From the IMG/VR virus record IMGVR_UViG_3300031949_000413, positions 41,088-105,087 of that record: a stretch of DNA of 64,000 nucleotides. The stretch is one strand, 5' to 3'. Below are positions 26,983 through 35,339 of this stretch, piece after piece; within the stretch, counting starts at the first letter, position 1; each line of letters begins with the position of its first letter. A program made the position numbers and the translations under genes. The notes beneath the pieces were generated by a model. It worked only from the letters and a program-made list of their open reading frames with translations. It did not search any database and was not told where the DNA came from. This DNA comes from a virus. Its lineage: Duplodnaviria > Heunggongvirae > Uroviricota > Caudoviricetes.

Positions 26983-28476
26983 ATGGACATTCAGGAGGTT
27001 GATATGGCTGACACGGAAGAAATCATTGATGGCGAAGTAGGATCACTGGCACTTGTGCCTACTATTGAAGCCCCTCTGGTTACACAAGGCGAAGATGTAT
27101 TCCACGGCCTATCGGTAGCCCCCATTACGGCTCAGCAGACAGCCGTTGTTCTATGCGAGGCCAACCCGGACGAGCTGGACATCCTACCCACTGGAGAGGT
27201 ATATCCCCCACAAGTCAATGTGCGCCTACGGCTCATTGAGGCATTCGGCCCAGCGGGTTGGGGAATGCGCCCATTATCAAAGCCCCACATCACAGAAAAT
27301 GTCGTAGTTCAAGAATGGGCATTGTACATCAACGGCAACTTTGTATCATACACTATTGGTGGAGCCGAGTACCAGTCTGGAAACAAGCGCCTGAACTGGT
27401 CGGATGCTCTGGAGTCTCTGAAGTCTAACGCTCTGGTAAGATTGTGCAAAGACTTGGGCATGTTCCATGAGTGCTGGGACAAGCATTGGGTTGACGAGTG
27501 GAAACGCAAGTATACCGTGAATGTATGGTGCAAGGTTAAGACGTGGGAGAAGGGAGTGGAAGTATTCAAGAACAAGACCCAGTGGCGCAGGGCTGACGCC
27601 CGTCCGCTGTGGAATGAGACTGGTATTGCCAAAGACTCTCCCAACAAGGACAAATACGTTGCACCCTCCGGTGGAGTAGTAGACCCAGAGACGGGTGAGA
27701 TTATTGATAGCAAGGCTGGTAGCAGGCAGTCTACCAAAGCACCAGTCACACCGTCGAAGGCAGATATTAAAGATAATGGTCAACCGCCCAAAGAGCCAGC
27801 ACCAGTCACGCCTGCTCACAAACCAATCATACCAGCGACTAAGGCTGAACCTGTACCAGAGCCAACGACTGCACAAGAGCCAGCCAAGACGAATGCTATC
27901 ACGGTAAGCATCTGGAACGGTACGACCATGAGTGAGAAACCAGCATTGGAGGCCATTGACGAGAAGGCCAAGAACTGGTTTGTGGGTAAGTTCATTGGTA
28001 AAGACAAGTTATGGGAATATGCGCCTGCCTTCTGGGGATCGGATAAATCAGACGATAAAGGCAAGGTCAACCCTGGTCATTTAGGCAAGCACTTTGGACG
28101 CCACAACCTAATCGATCCGAAGAGCCCGTTCACCTACGACCAATTTGCAAGTCTGGTGGGTTACTGCTGGCACAAACTGGGCGACCCGCACGGCTGGCTC
28201 GATCCTAGATACTATCAGGACAAGATAGACGAAGAAGCGAAGAAGGTTGCTAAAGACACCGACAGCGCGCGCACTGACCCAAATGCGATTGTCACCCGCG
28301 CCTCGCTGATGCTTATCCCCATTGTCAAGATCGCCAAAGATGCCTATGCTGTGGAATGGCAAGAACTGGACACAGCACGGTTAGAGTCATTGTCTACTCT
28401 GCTGGATATGGTAGAGTCGGGTAAGGTAGGACGTGAGGATTTTGATAAGATGATCGATATGCTGAAGGCGGGCTAA
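26983..28476 (+). CDS. Rad52/Mgm101-like single-strand annealing protein with Pro-rich linker and unknown C-terminal domain
   Basis: NWSDALESLKSNALVRLCKDLGMFHECWD resembles the Rad52 DALKRALRxFGNxLG helix. Low-complexity PPKEPAPVTPAHKPIIPATKAEP tract. Confidence 0.35.
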   Translation: MDIQEVDMADTEEIIDGEVGSLALVPTIEAPLVTQGEDVFHGLSVAPITAQQTAVVLCEANPDELDILPTGEVYPPQVNVRLRLIEAFGPAGWGMRPLSKPHITENVVVQEWALYINGNFVSYTIGGAEYQSGNKRLNWSDALESLKSNALVRLCKDLGMFHECWDKHWVDEWKRKYTVNVWCKVKTWEKGVEVFKNKTQWRRADARPLWNETGIAKDSPNKDKYVAPSGGVVDPETGEIIDSKAGSRQSTKAPVTPSKADIKDNGQPPKEPAPVTPAHKPIIPATKAEPVPEPTTAQEPAKTNAITVSIWNGTTMSEKPALEAIDEKAKNWFVGKFIGKDKLWEYAPAFWGSDKSDDKGKVNPGHLGKHFGRHNLIDPKSPFTYDQFASLVGYCWHKLGDPHGWLDPRYYQDKIDEEAKKVAKDTDSARTDPNAIVTRASLMLIPIVKIAKDAYAVEWQELDTARLESLSTLLDMVESGKVGREDFDKMIDMLKAG

Positions 28477-29369
28477 TGGCCGATACCGATACTGTACCAC
28501 TAGAAGATGATGGCGTATACGAGCCAACTCTGGACGAGTACGTTAAGTCTCCCATGCCTTACCAGGAGACACTGAATGCCAAGATGACTAAGCACATCTT
28601 GCGCTTCCAGGAGCTCAAGCAGAAGATCATTGAAGGACGGGCGCGACAGATCAATGGCATGGTTGATCAGGCAGCAGCGGCCTATGTCATCTGGAAATCA
28701 AAGCTATATCGGAAACTAGGAACGCAGTCCTATAGACGCATGGAAGACTTTCTCATTGAGCTTCAGCACGAGAAGGTGGACGTGTCGTTCGGGACATCCA
28801 TTAAGGCGCAGTCTGGAATGGGGAGGGCGCGGTTCTTTGAGCTGGTCAAGCACATCGACGTAATGCTGAAAGAGCCGTACAAGATGTCCATTGAAGAGGC
28901 GGCTAGTTATGCCATCGTACATCCCGGTGACATCCCATTGCTGATAGAGTCCGGCGCAGCCACGATAGAAGTCAAGAAAGTGCGCGGTCAGAAGGACTAT
29001 ACACTAGAGTTTACCGATAAAGGTAAAGATAAATTGCTAGGCGACGGTATGAAAGAGCCACGCGAGTACATGCGTGACTTGTCAGAAATGCCATCTTCTA
29101 GCGATTCCCGCGCTACTATTCATCATGATGCCGGTACGGTATCGGTGTGGTGTCCAGAACTGGTCATCTATCGGGCTACTACACCCCTGTTCGACTATTC
29201 ACAGGCGACAGTGCTGGCCGGACAAGCACAATTGGTAGAACCAGATAACGGTAGCACTAACTATCTCTTTGAACTCAGGTTTCCGTCTGGTACGCCTAAT
29301 ACAGTGGTAGAGTGGGGCGCACGTCGAATGCGTCAGGAGTTTAGGCTAAACGGAGAAACACCCGAATAA
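28476..29369 (+). CDS. hypothetical protein
   Basis: 297 aa. Start overlaps the upstream stop. Confidence 0.5.
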   Translation: MADTDTVPLEDDGVYEPTLDEYVKSPMPYQETLNAKMTKHILRFQELKQKIIEGRARQINGMVDQAAAAYVIWKSKLYRKLGTQSYRRMEDFLIELQHEKVDVSFGTSIKAQSGMGRARFFELVKHIDVMLKEPYKMSIEEAASYAIVHPGDIPLLIESGAATIEVKKVRGQKDYTLEFTDKGKDKLLGDGMKEPREYMRDLSEMPSSSDSRATIHHDAGTVSVWCPELVIYRATTPLFDYSQATVLAGQAQLVEPDNGSTNYLFELRFPSGTPNTVVEWGARRMRQEFRLNGETPE

Positions 29370-29370
29370 C

Positions 29371-29613
29371 ATGGCTAAGAAAACAGACAATCTTATCGAA
29401 ATGCTACAGCGACGTTTTGGCTACTTCCCATTACGGTTCAAGTGGCAAGGCAAGGAATACCATGTTGAGTCAGTAGAACGCTGTAGAACGACTATTGGCC
29501 CACGAACCAGGCGATTTTCGCGCCACTACTTTGATGTTCGTTGTACTGAAGGGACTTATAGTCTGTATCAAGACCTAGAGACGATGACGTGGCACATGGG
29601 CAACAAGGCATGA
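29371..29613 (+). CDS. hypothetical protein
   Basis: 80-aa ORF. Confidence 0.4.
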   Translation: MAKKTDNLIEMLQRRFGYFPLRFKWQGKEYHVESVERCRTTIGPRTRRFSRHYFDVRCTEGTYSLYQDLETMTWHMGNKA

Positions 29614-29816
29614 ACGGTAGAACGCTGATGGCCTATCGGTTCATCAAGAATTACACTGCCATGTATGACATTCCACCGAAGTACGACGAGATCGCACAGG
29701 CCATTGGAGTATCAGGACGAAGTGTGGTCTCGTATCATGTTGACAAGCTGGTAGAGATGGGCCTGGCTGAAAAGACGGACGGCAAACGCCGAACGGTTCA
29801 TATCATACCTAAATAG
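29610..29816 (+). CDS. LexA-N-terminal-like winged-helix DNA-binding protein
   Basis: PPKYDEIAQAIGVSGRSVVSYHVDKLVEMGL fits the LexA-family winged-helix pattern. Confidence 0.5.
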   Translation: MNGRTLMAYRFIKNYTAMYDIPPKYDEIAQAIGVSGRSVVSYHVDKLVEMGLAEKTDGKRRTVHIIPK

Positions 29817-29828
29817 TTGGAGACTTTA

Positions 29829-30797
29829 ATGCAGGTTCAACTAGCCTTATCACTCGATGATGTTAGCCTGGTTCCTCGTTATTCAGAACTAGATAGCCGC
29901 GATGAAGTCCAACTCGGAACTGATTTGGACTTCGTTCATTTGGACATCCCGATCATTAGTAGTCCAATGGACACTGTGACGGGTATCGAGATGCAGGATG
30001 CCATTAGGCGTTGTGGCGGTATCGGTATCCATCATCGCTACACCGACACCAACACACTCATTCAGGCATATAGTCATGGCGGTATCGCAGTGTCACCATC
30101 AATGGGAACGAAATGGCTAGAGGCCATTAGCGAACCTGTTAGGGGCTATGGCGTTCTGGTTATTGATGTGGCACACGGCCATAGCAAGCGCGTCCTACAA
30201 TACGCAAAAGAACTGTGGGATATGGGTTTCTACGTCATATCGGGTAATATATGCACGGTAAGTGCTGCTGAAGCTTACTTAGATATTGGTGTAAACCTAT
30301 TAAGGGTTGGTATAGGATCGGGTAGCAGTTGTAGCACGAGACTGGTTGCTGGTGTGGGTGTTCCGCAGTTTACCGCCGTACAAGATATTAGTCGCATCTT
30401 CGGGAGTGAGGCTAAAGTCATCAGCGATGGGGGTATCAAGCACTCTGGCGACATCACTAAAGCATTGGCGGCTGGTGCAAATGCTGTAATGGTCGGGCGA
30501 CTTGTAGCAGGGGCAGATGAAGCACCTGGTAGGCATGTTAGCGACAACTACAAGGAGTTTCGTGGCATGGCAAGCCTGCCTTCGCTTGATGCTGCTGGCA
30601 AGGAACGTAACATTGAAGGTGTGGCCTCACACGTAAAACTTGAAGGGCCACTATCGGGTATCATGGAGCGTGTTGCTCGTGAGCTAAGGATTGGGTTCGC
30701 CTACCTCGGCGCACACAATATCCAAGAGCTACAAGAGCGTGCAGAATTTGTGCAAGTGACTACTTTAGGGCTAGACGAAGGAAGGCCGAGGATATAA
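29829..30797 (+). CDS. IMP dehydrogenase / GMP reductase family TIM-barrel enzyme (no CBS domains)
   Basis: LSLDDVSLVP, PIISSPMDTV, catalytic-Cys loop GIGSGSSCSTR, and ISDGGI ... AGANAVMVG. ATG at 29829 after GGAGACTTTA. Confidence 0.75.
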   Translation: MQVQLALSLDDVSLVPRYSELDSRDEVQLGTDLDFVHLDIPIISSPMDTVTGIEMQDAIRRCGGIGIHHRYTDTNTLIQAYSHGGIAVSPSMGTKWLEAISEPVRGYGVLVIDVAHGHSKRVLQYAKELWDMGFYVISGNICTVSAAEAYLDIGVNLLRVGIGSGSSCSTRLVAGVGVPQFTAVQDISRIFGSEAKVISDGGIKHSGDITKALAAGANAVMVGRLVAGADEAPGRHVSDNYKEFRGMASLPSLDAAGKERNIEGVASHVKLEGPLSGIMERVARELRIGFAYLGAHNIQELQERAEFVQVTTLGLDEGRPRI

Positions 30798-30799
30798 CT

Positions 30800-30964
30800 A
30801 TGGACAACATCTACTGGCTCTGCAAGAACTGCGATAAGACTGTTATGGTGTACCATAAGCGTGTTCAACATGGTGACGTGCTAGAATGTCCTGAGTGTGG
30901 CGTGTATACCACTTTCGTATTCTCGTATTCCGAACCATTGCAAGTCAGTCCAGACGCAGACTAG
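30800..30964 (+). CDS. zinc-ribbon small protein (54 aa)
   Basis: CKNC ... CPECG. Start overlaps the upstream stop. Below the ORF-track cutoff. Confidence 0.4.
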   Translation: MDNIYWLCKNCDKTVMVYHKRVQHGDVLECPECGVYTTFVFSYSEPLQVSPDAD

Positions 30965-31556
30965 AAGTAAGTACCCATTTCCTATAGACTTATCGGGCAA
31001 CTTCGTGTAAGATAGCAGTCAGGTAGTGGGGTGTAGTTGACCAGCCTGCCCTGACCGGGTAAAACCACTATAGTTCACCCATTGATCACAAGAAAAGGTA
31101 GCCGATGTCTCTGCACAAACGATGAAGCGCAGACCGCCGTGTATGTGGATGGAGAGATGGAATACTATGTCCATTCAGAAGTCCAGCACCGTTATGACGC
31201 CGATACGGTGTGACGCACACAAGCCCAAATGGGAGCATTGTGTGTATCTGGGGCAGATAACCATCATCGGTGGTGGGAAACACATACATGGTGTTCTGCG
31301 AAACATCGCAGGGGTAGGCGCAACGAGCGTAACAGGCGTAATACGGCCACTTGAGTGGCACGATAGACTAGCGGGTTCGATACCCCACCGTTGCTAATAG
31401 AGGACACTGAGAGTGACTAACTTAGGAAGAGCCGGATAAAGAGTCTAGGTCATCAAAATGAAGTCCCCGGCACGTCCGCCAGTACGCTGAACTGGCACTT
31501 ACTTGACCATAAACAGTCCACAGCCATACTGAGGGTAGTACCAAAGGAGAAATGAA

Positions 31557-32465
31557 ATGTTGAATAAGATTGTCGTGCTGTTCGCCATCGCGGTAGCCCT
31601 GACGGGTTGTTTCTTCAATGAGCCAGTAGGACAAGACCAGCAGGCCGTCAAGCTGGACGGCGGTAAGTTTGTAGAGTGTGTCGGTTCTGGCATTCACACG
31701 GACTTAGGGCCATTTGCCGACCTGGTTCAGATTTCATCAAGAACCATTAACTTTTTAGTATCAGACCCGCAGGTAGCAACCAAAGATAGCCAGCTCGTTG
31801 GTGTTGAATTGGCCGTTCAAGTCAGGCGCAAGACCGACTGTGAATCCATGCAGTCTATTTTGAGAAATTGGCCGTCCGTGATTGACAACGACGATAGCAT
31901 GAGGCTATTGGTCGAGCCGGCCACCCTAGAGGCCATTAAGGTTGGCACTCGTGAGTTCTCATTAGATGAGCTATTAAACGACAGGAACAAGCTGGCTGAT
32001 GGTATTCGCGGGTCGCTCATTGACGACGCGGGCAAGTTCAGTTCCGAGATTGTCAACGTCCAAGTCAAGAACGTTCAGATTGACGACAACTATGCTCAGC
32101 TTCTCCAACAAAAGGCTAACCTGACCGCCGAACGAGAAGTTAAGGTTCGCCAGCAAGAGATTATTCGGCAAGACGCCTCCAACCAACAGCTAGAGCAAAC
32201 GCAGCAGGCTGAGACATATCGGAAACAGCTTGAGGCGGAGAAGGCTAAGACTGACATAGAGGTAGAGATTGCCAAAAGAGAAGGTAGTGTCATCGCCGCC
32301 CAGAATCAAGTCTATTCTCTGAATCCGCAGGCATTTGAGATCAAGCGGCTCGAATTACTGGCGAAGGTACTGGGCGACAAGGCTACCATGTATTTCATTC
32401 CACAAGGCACTTCCCTGTCAGTGCTATTAGGTCAGATTGGGGCTGGTGCGGTAATTTCACCATGA
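31557..32465 (+). CDS. SPFH/band-7 (HflC/stomatin-like) lipoprotein
   Basis: Signal peptide plus LTGC lipobox. SPFH-like core with a long coiled-coil C-terminus (QQKANLTAEREVKVRQQ ...). Confidence 0.55.
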   Translation: MLNKIVVLFAIAVALTGCFFNEPVGQDQQAVKLDGGKFVECVGSGIHTDLGPFADLVQISSRTINFLVSDPQVATKDSQLVGVELAVQVRRKTDCESMQSILRNWPSVIDNDDSMRLLVEPATLEAIKVGTREFSLDELLNDRNKLADGIRGSLIDDAGKFSSEIVNVQVKNVQIDDNYAQLLQQKANLTAEREVKVRQQEIIRQDASNQQLEQTQQAETYRKQLEAEKAKTDIEVEIAKREGSVIAAQNQVYSLNPQAFEIKRLELLAKVLGDKATMYFIPQGTSLSVLLGQIGAGAVISP

Positions 32466-32665
32466 CTGGGATTGGCCTGATTCTCAAGGCAGTTATTCAG
32501 TTCATAGTCGTCATGCTGGCGATAGCGGCTATTGTTCTGGTGGTATCCTTCATGGCGGTGAGCATTGTGTACTTTCTGAGAGTGATTTTCAGGATTGAGA
32601 ATCGTGGATATGCTGAATATCTGTCAGAGATTGTGGCAACAGTAACTAGGAGAAGTCGGTACTAA
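32462..32665 (+). CDS. small membrane protein coupled to the SPFH gene (NfeD-partner-like)
   Basis: ATGA overlap. Two TM helices. Confidence 0.45.
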   Translation: MTGIGLILKAVIQFIVVMLAIAAIVLVVSFMAVSIVYFLRVIFRIENRGYAEYLSEIVATVTRRSRY

Positions 32666-32707
32666 AGTAATGTTGACATCTTATCAGGAATAACTTACAA
32701 TAGGCAC

Positions 32708-32932
32708 ATGATGAACAGAATACAGTGGCAACTCAAGAAAGAATATGAACTCGCCGTGAGTGACACGGAGAGTATAAACGGACGTGGAGGCAGGAGTTCA
32801 CTAGAGTCTAATTCTGGTCAGCCTGTCAGTGAAGCGTCAACCAAGAGAAACTGGGATACGAAAACATCGGCCAACAGCCCATTAGGGCATACTATGGTCG
32901 CGCCTGATACCGAGGTCGCTATGGAAGGGTAG
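32708..32932 (+). CDS. hypothetical protein
   Basis: 74-aa ORF with a weak Shine-Dalgarno. Confidence 0.25.
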   Translation: MMNRIQWQLKKEYELAVSDTESINGRGGRSSLESNSGQPVSEASTKRNWDTKTSANSPLGHTMVAPDTEVAMEG

Positions 32933-33003
32933 GGTGGGTGAACTGGATTCCTCGGCGTGCAGGCGGACACAGTTCACCAGCACGCCGTTTTGTTTGGAGC
33001 ATA

Positions 33004-33171
33004 ATGAAAACATTTGTGGTGTCATTTAATGAGGCTGGTGGTGAATACGTAGGGCATCTGACAGTGAGATGTAAAACCTTGAGGCTGTCAGAGAAGGACA
33101 ACAAGACATTCTCGGCTGATGGGGTTATCATTACCATAGACGAGAAGATCATCAATGTAGTAGAACTTTAG
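33004..33171 (+). CDS. hypothetical small protein
   Basis: ATG after GGAGCATA within ORF 32938..33171. Confidence 0.3.
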   Translation: MKTFVVSFNEAGGEYVGHLTVRCKTLRLSEKDNKTFSADGVIITIDEKIINVVEL

Positions 33172-33246
33172 GGGGCATAGCTCAGTCCGGTTCAGAGCAG
33201 ATGCTTGTCAAGCATAAGGTCGTGGATTCAAATTCCACTGTCCCCG
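33171..33246 (+). tRNA. tRNA-Asp (GTC)
   Basis: Acceptor GGGGGCA/TGTCCCC. D-arm GCTCAGT ... GAGC. Anticodon loop TTGTCAA. T-arm GTGGA-TTCAAAT-TCCAC. Confidence 0.6.
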
Positions 33247-33250
33247 CCTT

Positions 33251-33323
33251 GCTCACAAAGTTCAGATGGTGGAACATATCTTTGGTAAAGATAAGGTCGG
33301 GGATTCGAGCGCCCCTGTGAGCT
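33251..33323 (+). tRNA. tRNA-Thr (GGT)
   Basis: Acceptor GCTCACA/TGTGAGC. Anticodon stem TATCT/AGATA with loop TTGGTAA. Confidence 0.5.
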
Positions 33324-33327
33324 CATG

Positions 33328-33410
33328 GCTGGTGTACGCAACTGATATGACGAAGCTCACTTAAAATGAGTGCCCGACAGGGCGTGTGGGTTTGAATCCC
33401 ACCACCAGCA
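33328..33410 (+). tRNA. tRNA-Leu (TAA), long variable arm
   Basis: Acceptor GCTGGTG/CACCAGC. Loop CTTAAAA. Variable stem GCCC/GGGC. T-arm GTGGG-TTTGAAT-CCCAC. Confidence 0.5.
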
Positions 33411-33441
33411 CAGACTGTTGGCTCTTTAATAATTGAATGTC

Positions 33442-33514
33442 GCCGTGATCGTACAAACGGAAAGTACACTGCCCCTGTAAGGCAGGGATGTGGGATCATA
33501 CTCCACTCATGGCT
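33442..33514 (+). tRNA. tRNA-Thr (TGT), non-canonical (C33, T-loop ATCATAC)
   Basis: Acceptor GCCGTGA/TCATGGC. D-stem GTAC/GTAC. Anticodon stem CTGCC/GGCAG with loop CCTGTAA. Confidence 0.35.
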
Positions 33515-33518
33515 CTAG

Positions 33519-33591
33519 GCGGGTATAGTTCAATTGGTAGAGCGCGACTCCTCCAAAGTCGAGACGACGGGATCGTACCCCGCTACCCGCT
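33519..33591 (+). tRNA. tRNA-Gly (TCC), C33
   Basis: Acceptor GCGGGTA/TACCCGC. D-arm TAGTTCAATTGGTAGAGC. Anticodon stem CGACT/AGTCG with loop CCTCCAA. Confidence 0.5.
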
Positions 33592-33592
33592 C

Positions 33593-33663
33593 TCCCCGAT
33601 AGCACAGCGGAAGTGTACTGCACTCGTAACGCAGAGACGCCAGATCAAGACTGGTTCGGGGAT
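33593..33663 (+). tRNA. tRNA-Thr (CGT)
   Basis: Acceptor TCCCCGA/TCGGGGA. Loop CTCGTAA. T-arm GCCAG-ATCAAGA-CTGGT. Confidence 0.4.
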
Positions 33664-33677
33664 CATGGAGGGTACAA

Positions 33678-33862
33678 TGGTAAAGGCATTGAAGTCAAAG
33701 ACAGCTGAAGACAGAGCCAAGCATTTTCTGGCAGAGTTATTGGACGAGACATTGGATTGGTCATGTACAGACACCCAGCATGAATTGGCATACGCCCTGA
33801 AGGAAATTCTGGAAGATTACTGTCCCGATTGGATAGACCCCTATCGGGTCAGCGAAGAATGA
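33678..33862 (+). CDS. hypothetical small protein embedded in the tRNA island
   Basis: ATG at 33678 after GGAGGG (MVKALKSKTAEDRAKHF ...). The longer ORF-track frame 33488.. overlaps tRNAs and is rejected. Confidence 0.4.
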
Positions 33863-33864
33863 AT

Positions 33865-33953
33865 GCTCAGTAGGCGACTATCGGTTGGTCGCATGGCGCT
33901 GTAGACGCCATCCACTAAAAAGGCGTGGTCGGGTTCGACTCCCACACTGAGCA
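33865..33953 (+). tRNA. tRNA-Tyr (GTA), long variable arm
   Basis: Acceptor GCTCAGT/ACTGAGC. Anticodon stem TGGCG/CGCCA with loop CTGTAGA. Variable stem CCAC/GTGG. T-loop TTCGACT. Confidence 0.5.
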
Positions 33954-33957
33954 CTAT

Positions 33958-34030
33958 GGGTCGTTAGCTCATTTAGGAGAGCACTGCACCTGCAATGCAG
34001 AGGCGACTGGAGCAAAGCCAGTACGATCCA
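33958..34030 (+). tRNA. tRNA-Ala (TGC), C33, atypical T-loop
   Basis: Acceptor GGGTCGT/ACGATCC. D-arm TAGCTCATTTAGGAGAGC. Anticodon stem CTGCA/TGCAG with loop CCTGCAA. Confidence 0.45.
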
Positions 34031-34033
34031 CAT

Positions 34034-34109
34034 GCCGACGTGACGGGAACCAAGTATACCTACCTGCCTCAAAAGCAGGTGCTTACCGGCGCAAATCCGG
34101 TCGTCGGCA
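34034..34109 (+). tRNA. tRNA-like, anticodon CAA (Leu?), short variable arm, poor D-arm
   Basis: Acceptor GCCGACG/CGTCGGC. Anticodon stem CCTGC/GCAGG with loop CTCAAAA. T-arm ACCGG-CGCAAAT-CCGGT. Confidence 0.3.
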
Positions 34110-34115
34110 CTTGAT

Positions 34116-34188
34116 ACGGGTGAAGCCGAAGAAGATAGGCGACGATCTCCAAAATCGTTAGTAGCAGGCGCACGTCCTGCCACCCGTG
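34116..34188 (+). tRNA. tRNA-Trp (CCA)
   Basis: Acceptor ACGGGTG/CACCCGT. Anticodon stem ACGAT/ATCGT with loop CTCCAAA. Confidence 0.5.
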
Positions 34189-34337
34189 CCTAATGGCTCT
34201 AGTGCCACATGACCCATCTATCGGGTGTCAAGTGATTTCATCTTACAATATGAAATAGTAAACAAGTTGTGTCTGTGTGCCCAGAGTGGAGAGAAGCGAG
34301 CACTGAAACTCCTACAGAGACGGCTAGAACCATGAAT

Positions 34338-34409
34338 GCCAGTGTAGCTCAATGGATGAGCGACAAGTTTCTACCTTGTAGGATGAGAGTTCGACCCTCT
34401 CCACTGGTA
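34338..34409 (+). tRNA. tRNA-Arg (TCT)
   Basis: Acceptor GCCAGTG/CACTGGT. D-arm TAGCTCAATGGATGAGC. Anticodon stem ACAAG/CTTGT with loop TTTCTAC. T-arm GAGAG-TTCGACC-CTCTC. Confidence 0.7.
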
Positions 34410-34410
34410 C

Positions 34411-34485
34411 TGCGCGGTGAGCTGGAGTAGTCCCAGCAGCGGCCTCATAAGCCGAATGACGTGGTTGCAAATACCACCCGCGCTA
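34411..34485 (+). tRNA. tRNA-Met (CAT) (approximate ends)
   Basis: D-stem GCTG/CAGC. Loop CTCATAA. T-arm GTGGT-TGCAAAT-ACCAC. Acceptor GCGCGG/CCGCGC. Confidence 0.4.
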
Positions 34486-34621
34486 CCTATGCAAGACACA
34501 GCTTAAGATGTGTCGAGCAGAACGGCTGTGTAAATGGTCGTATCGCCATTACGTCTCAAACGGATAGAGCGCGGCTCTGCGGAGGCCGAGGCAGTCGGCT
34601 CAACACCGGCATCGGGTACTT

Positions 34622-34708
34622 GGAGTAGTAGCGATAGTTGGCATTCGCGCCTGACCTGCTAAGTCAGCGCCCCGCAAGGGGTTGGCAGATCGTCACTGCC
34701 CTACTCCG
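34622..34708 (+). tRNA. tRNA-Ser (GCT), long variable arm
   Basis: Acceptor GGAGTAG/CTACTCC. Anticodon stem CTGAC/GTCAG with loop CTGCTAA. Variable hairpin CCCC-GCAA-GGGG. Confidence 0.55.
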
Positions 34709-34888
34709 CCTTCCGCACGAGGGAATATCCTTCCTCTGGCATACGGGAGTCTCATCGTTAAGGAACTCTAGTTCCGTTGGTAGGCCGTAAGACCTTTGAG
34801 ACCGTGCGGAGCCGAGAGTCCAATCGCTAAGACGTGGATATGCGCGGGCCACACTCGGTAGCGGGACGGGACACACCCGCTAAAATAT

Positions 34889-34961
34889 GGTGTCTGAACC
34901 CAAACGGTGCGGGGAATGCCTGTGGAGCATTTATTAGCCAGTTCGACTCTGGTCTGACACC
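34889..34961 (+). tRNA. tRNA-His (GTG) with extra 5' G(-1)
   Basis: G(-1) plus GTGTCTG paired with CTGACAC-C. Anticodon stem AATGC/GCATT with loop CTGTGGA. T-arm GCCAG-TTCGACT-CTGGT. Confidence 0.55.
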
Positions 34962-35028
34962 CTCGGTAGAGTGGGGGCTAAAGGTGAGGCTACCACAAGA
35001 ACGCCAAAATCTGCCCACTCTGCCCCAC

Positions 35029-35100
35029 AGGGCATTGGTCAACCAGCGAAGACGCAAGGTTTTCAACCTTGAAGGGTCGGGCCAGCACCGACATGCCCTA
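35029..35100 (+). tRNA. tRNA-Glu (TTC)
   Basis: Acceptor AGGGCAT/ATGCCCT. Anticodon stem CAAGG/CCTTG with loop TTTTCAA. T-arm GTCGG-GCCAGCA-CCGAC. Confidence 0.45.
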
Positions 35101-35105
35101 TTGAT

Positions 35106-35190
35106 GGCAGGTTGGCAGAGAGGCTTATCGCGGCGCTCCTGAAAAGCGTTAGGGATTACACCCACACTCGTTCAAATCGAGTACCTGCCT
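35106..35190 (+). tRNA. tRNA-Ser (TGA), long variable arm, C33
   Basis: Acceptor GGCAGGT/ACCTGCC. Loop CCTGAAA. T-arm ACTCG-TTCAAAT-CGAGT. Confidence 0.5.
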
Positions 35191-35193
35191 CTT

Positions 35194-35264
35194 GCTACCG
35201 AAGTGAAACGGTTCATGACGGACTTTTAATCCGTTCGGACAGAGTTCGACTCTCTGCGGTAGCA
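35194..35264 (+). tRNA. tRNA-Lys (TTT)
   Basis: Acceptor GCTACCG/CGGTAGC. Anticodon stem ACGGA/TCCGT with loop CTTTTAA. T-arm CAGAG-TTCGACT-CTCTG. Confidence 0.65.
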
Positions 35265-35267
35265 CTT

Positions 35268-35339
35268 GGGTTGCGAGCTTGGATGGTTAAGCATCCGCCT
35301 CTTAAGCGGAAGAGAGGGATTCGAGTTCCCTGCGACCCA
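35268..35339 (+). tRNA. tRNA-Lys (CTT)
   Basis: Acceptor GGGTTGC/GCGACCC. D-stem GCTT/AAGC. Anticodon stem TCCGC/GCGGA with loop CTCTTAA. T-arm AGGGA-TTCGAGT-TCCCT. Confidence 0.65.

Noticed and set aside
31086-31397. Overlapping opposite-strand ORFs 31122..31397 (+) and 31086..31361 (-)
   Set aside because: They overlap each other almost entirely, lack a Shine-Dalgarno and lie in a structured spacer. Treated as non-coding.
31020-31400. Possible tmRNA (ssrA-like) gene
   Set aside because: The T-arm-like GGGTTCGATACCCC has no complementary 5' acceptor strand, no ...ACCA 3' end and no tag-peptide reading frame.
33488-33862. ORF-track 124-aa ORF starting at 33488
   Set aside because: Its first 60 codons run through three well-formed tRNAs. 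Only the 3' portion from the ATG at 33678, which has a GGAGGG Shine-Dalgarno, is plausible.
34486-34621. tRNA-Arg (GCG)-like element
   Set aside because: The anticodon arm (CGGCT-CTGCGGA-GGCCG), D-arm and T-arm are recognizable, but no 5' strand pairs with the 3' acceptor ATCGGGT. It is probably a pseudo-tRNA.
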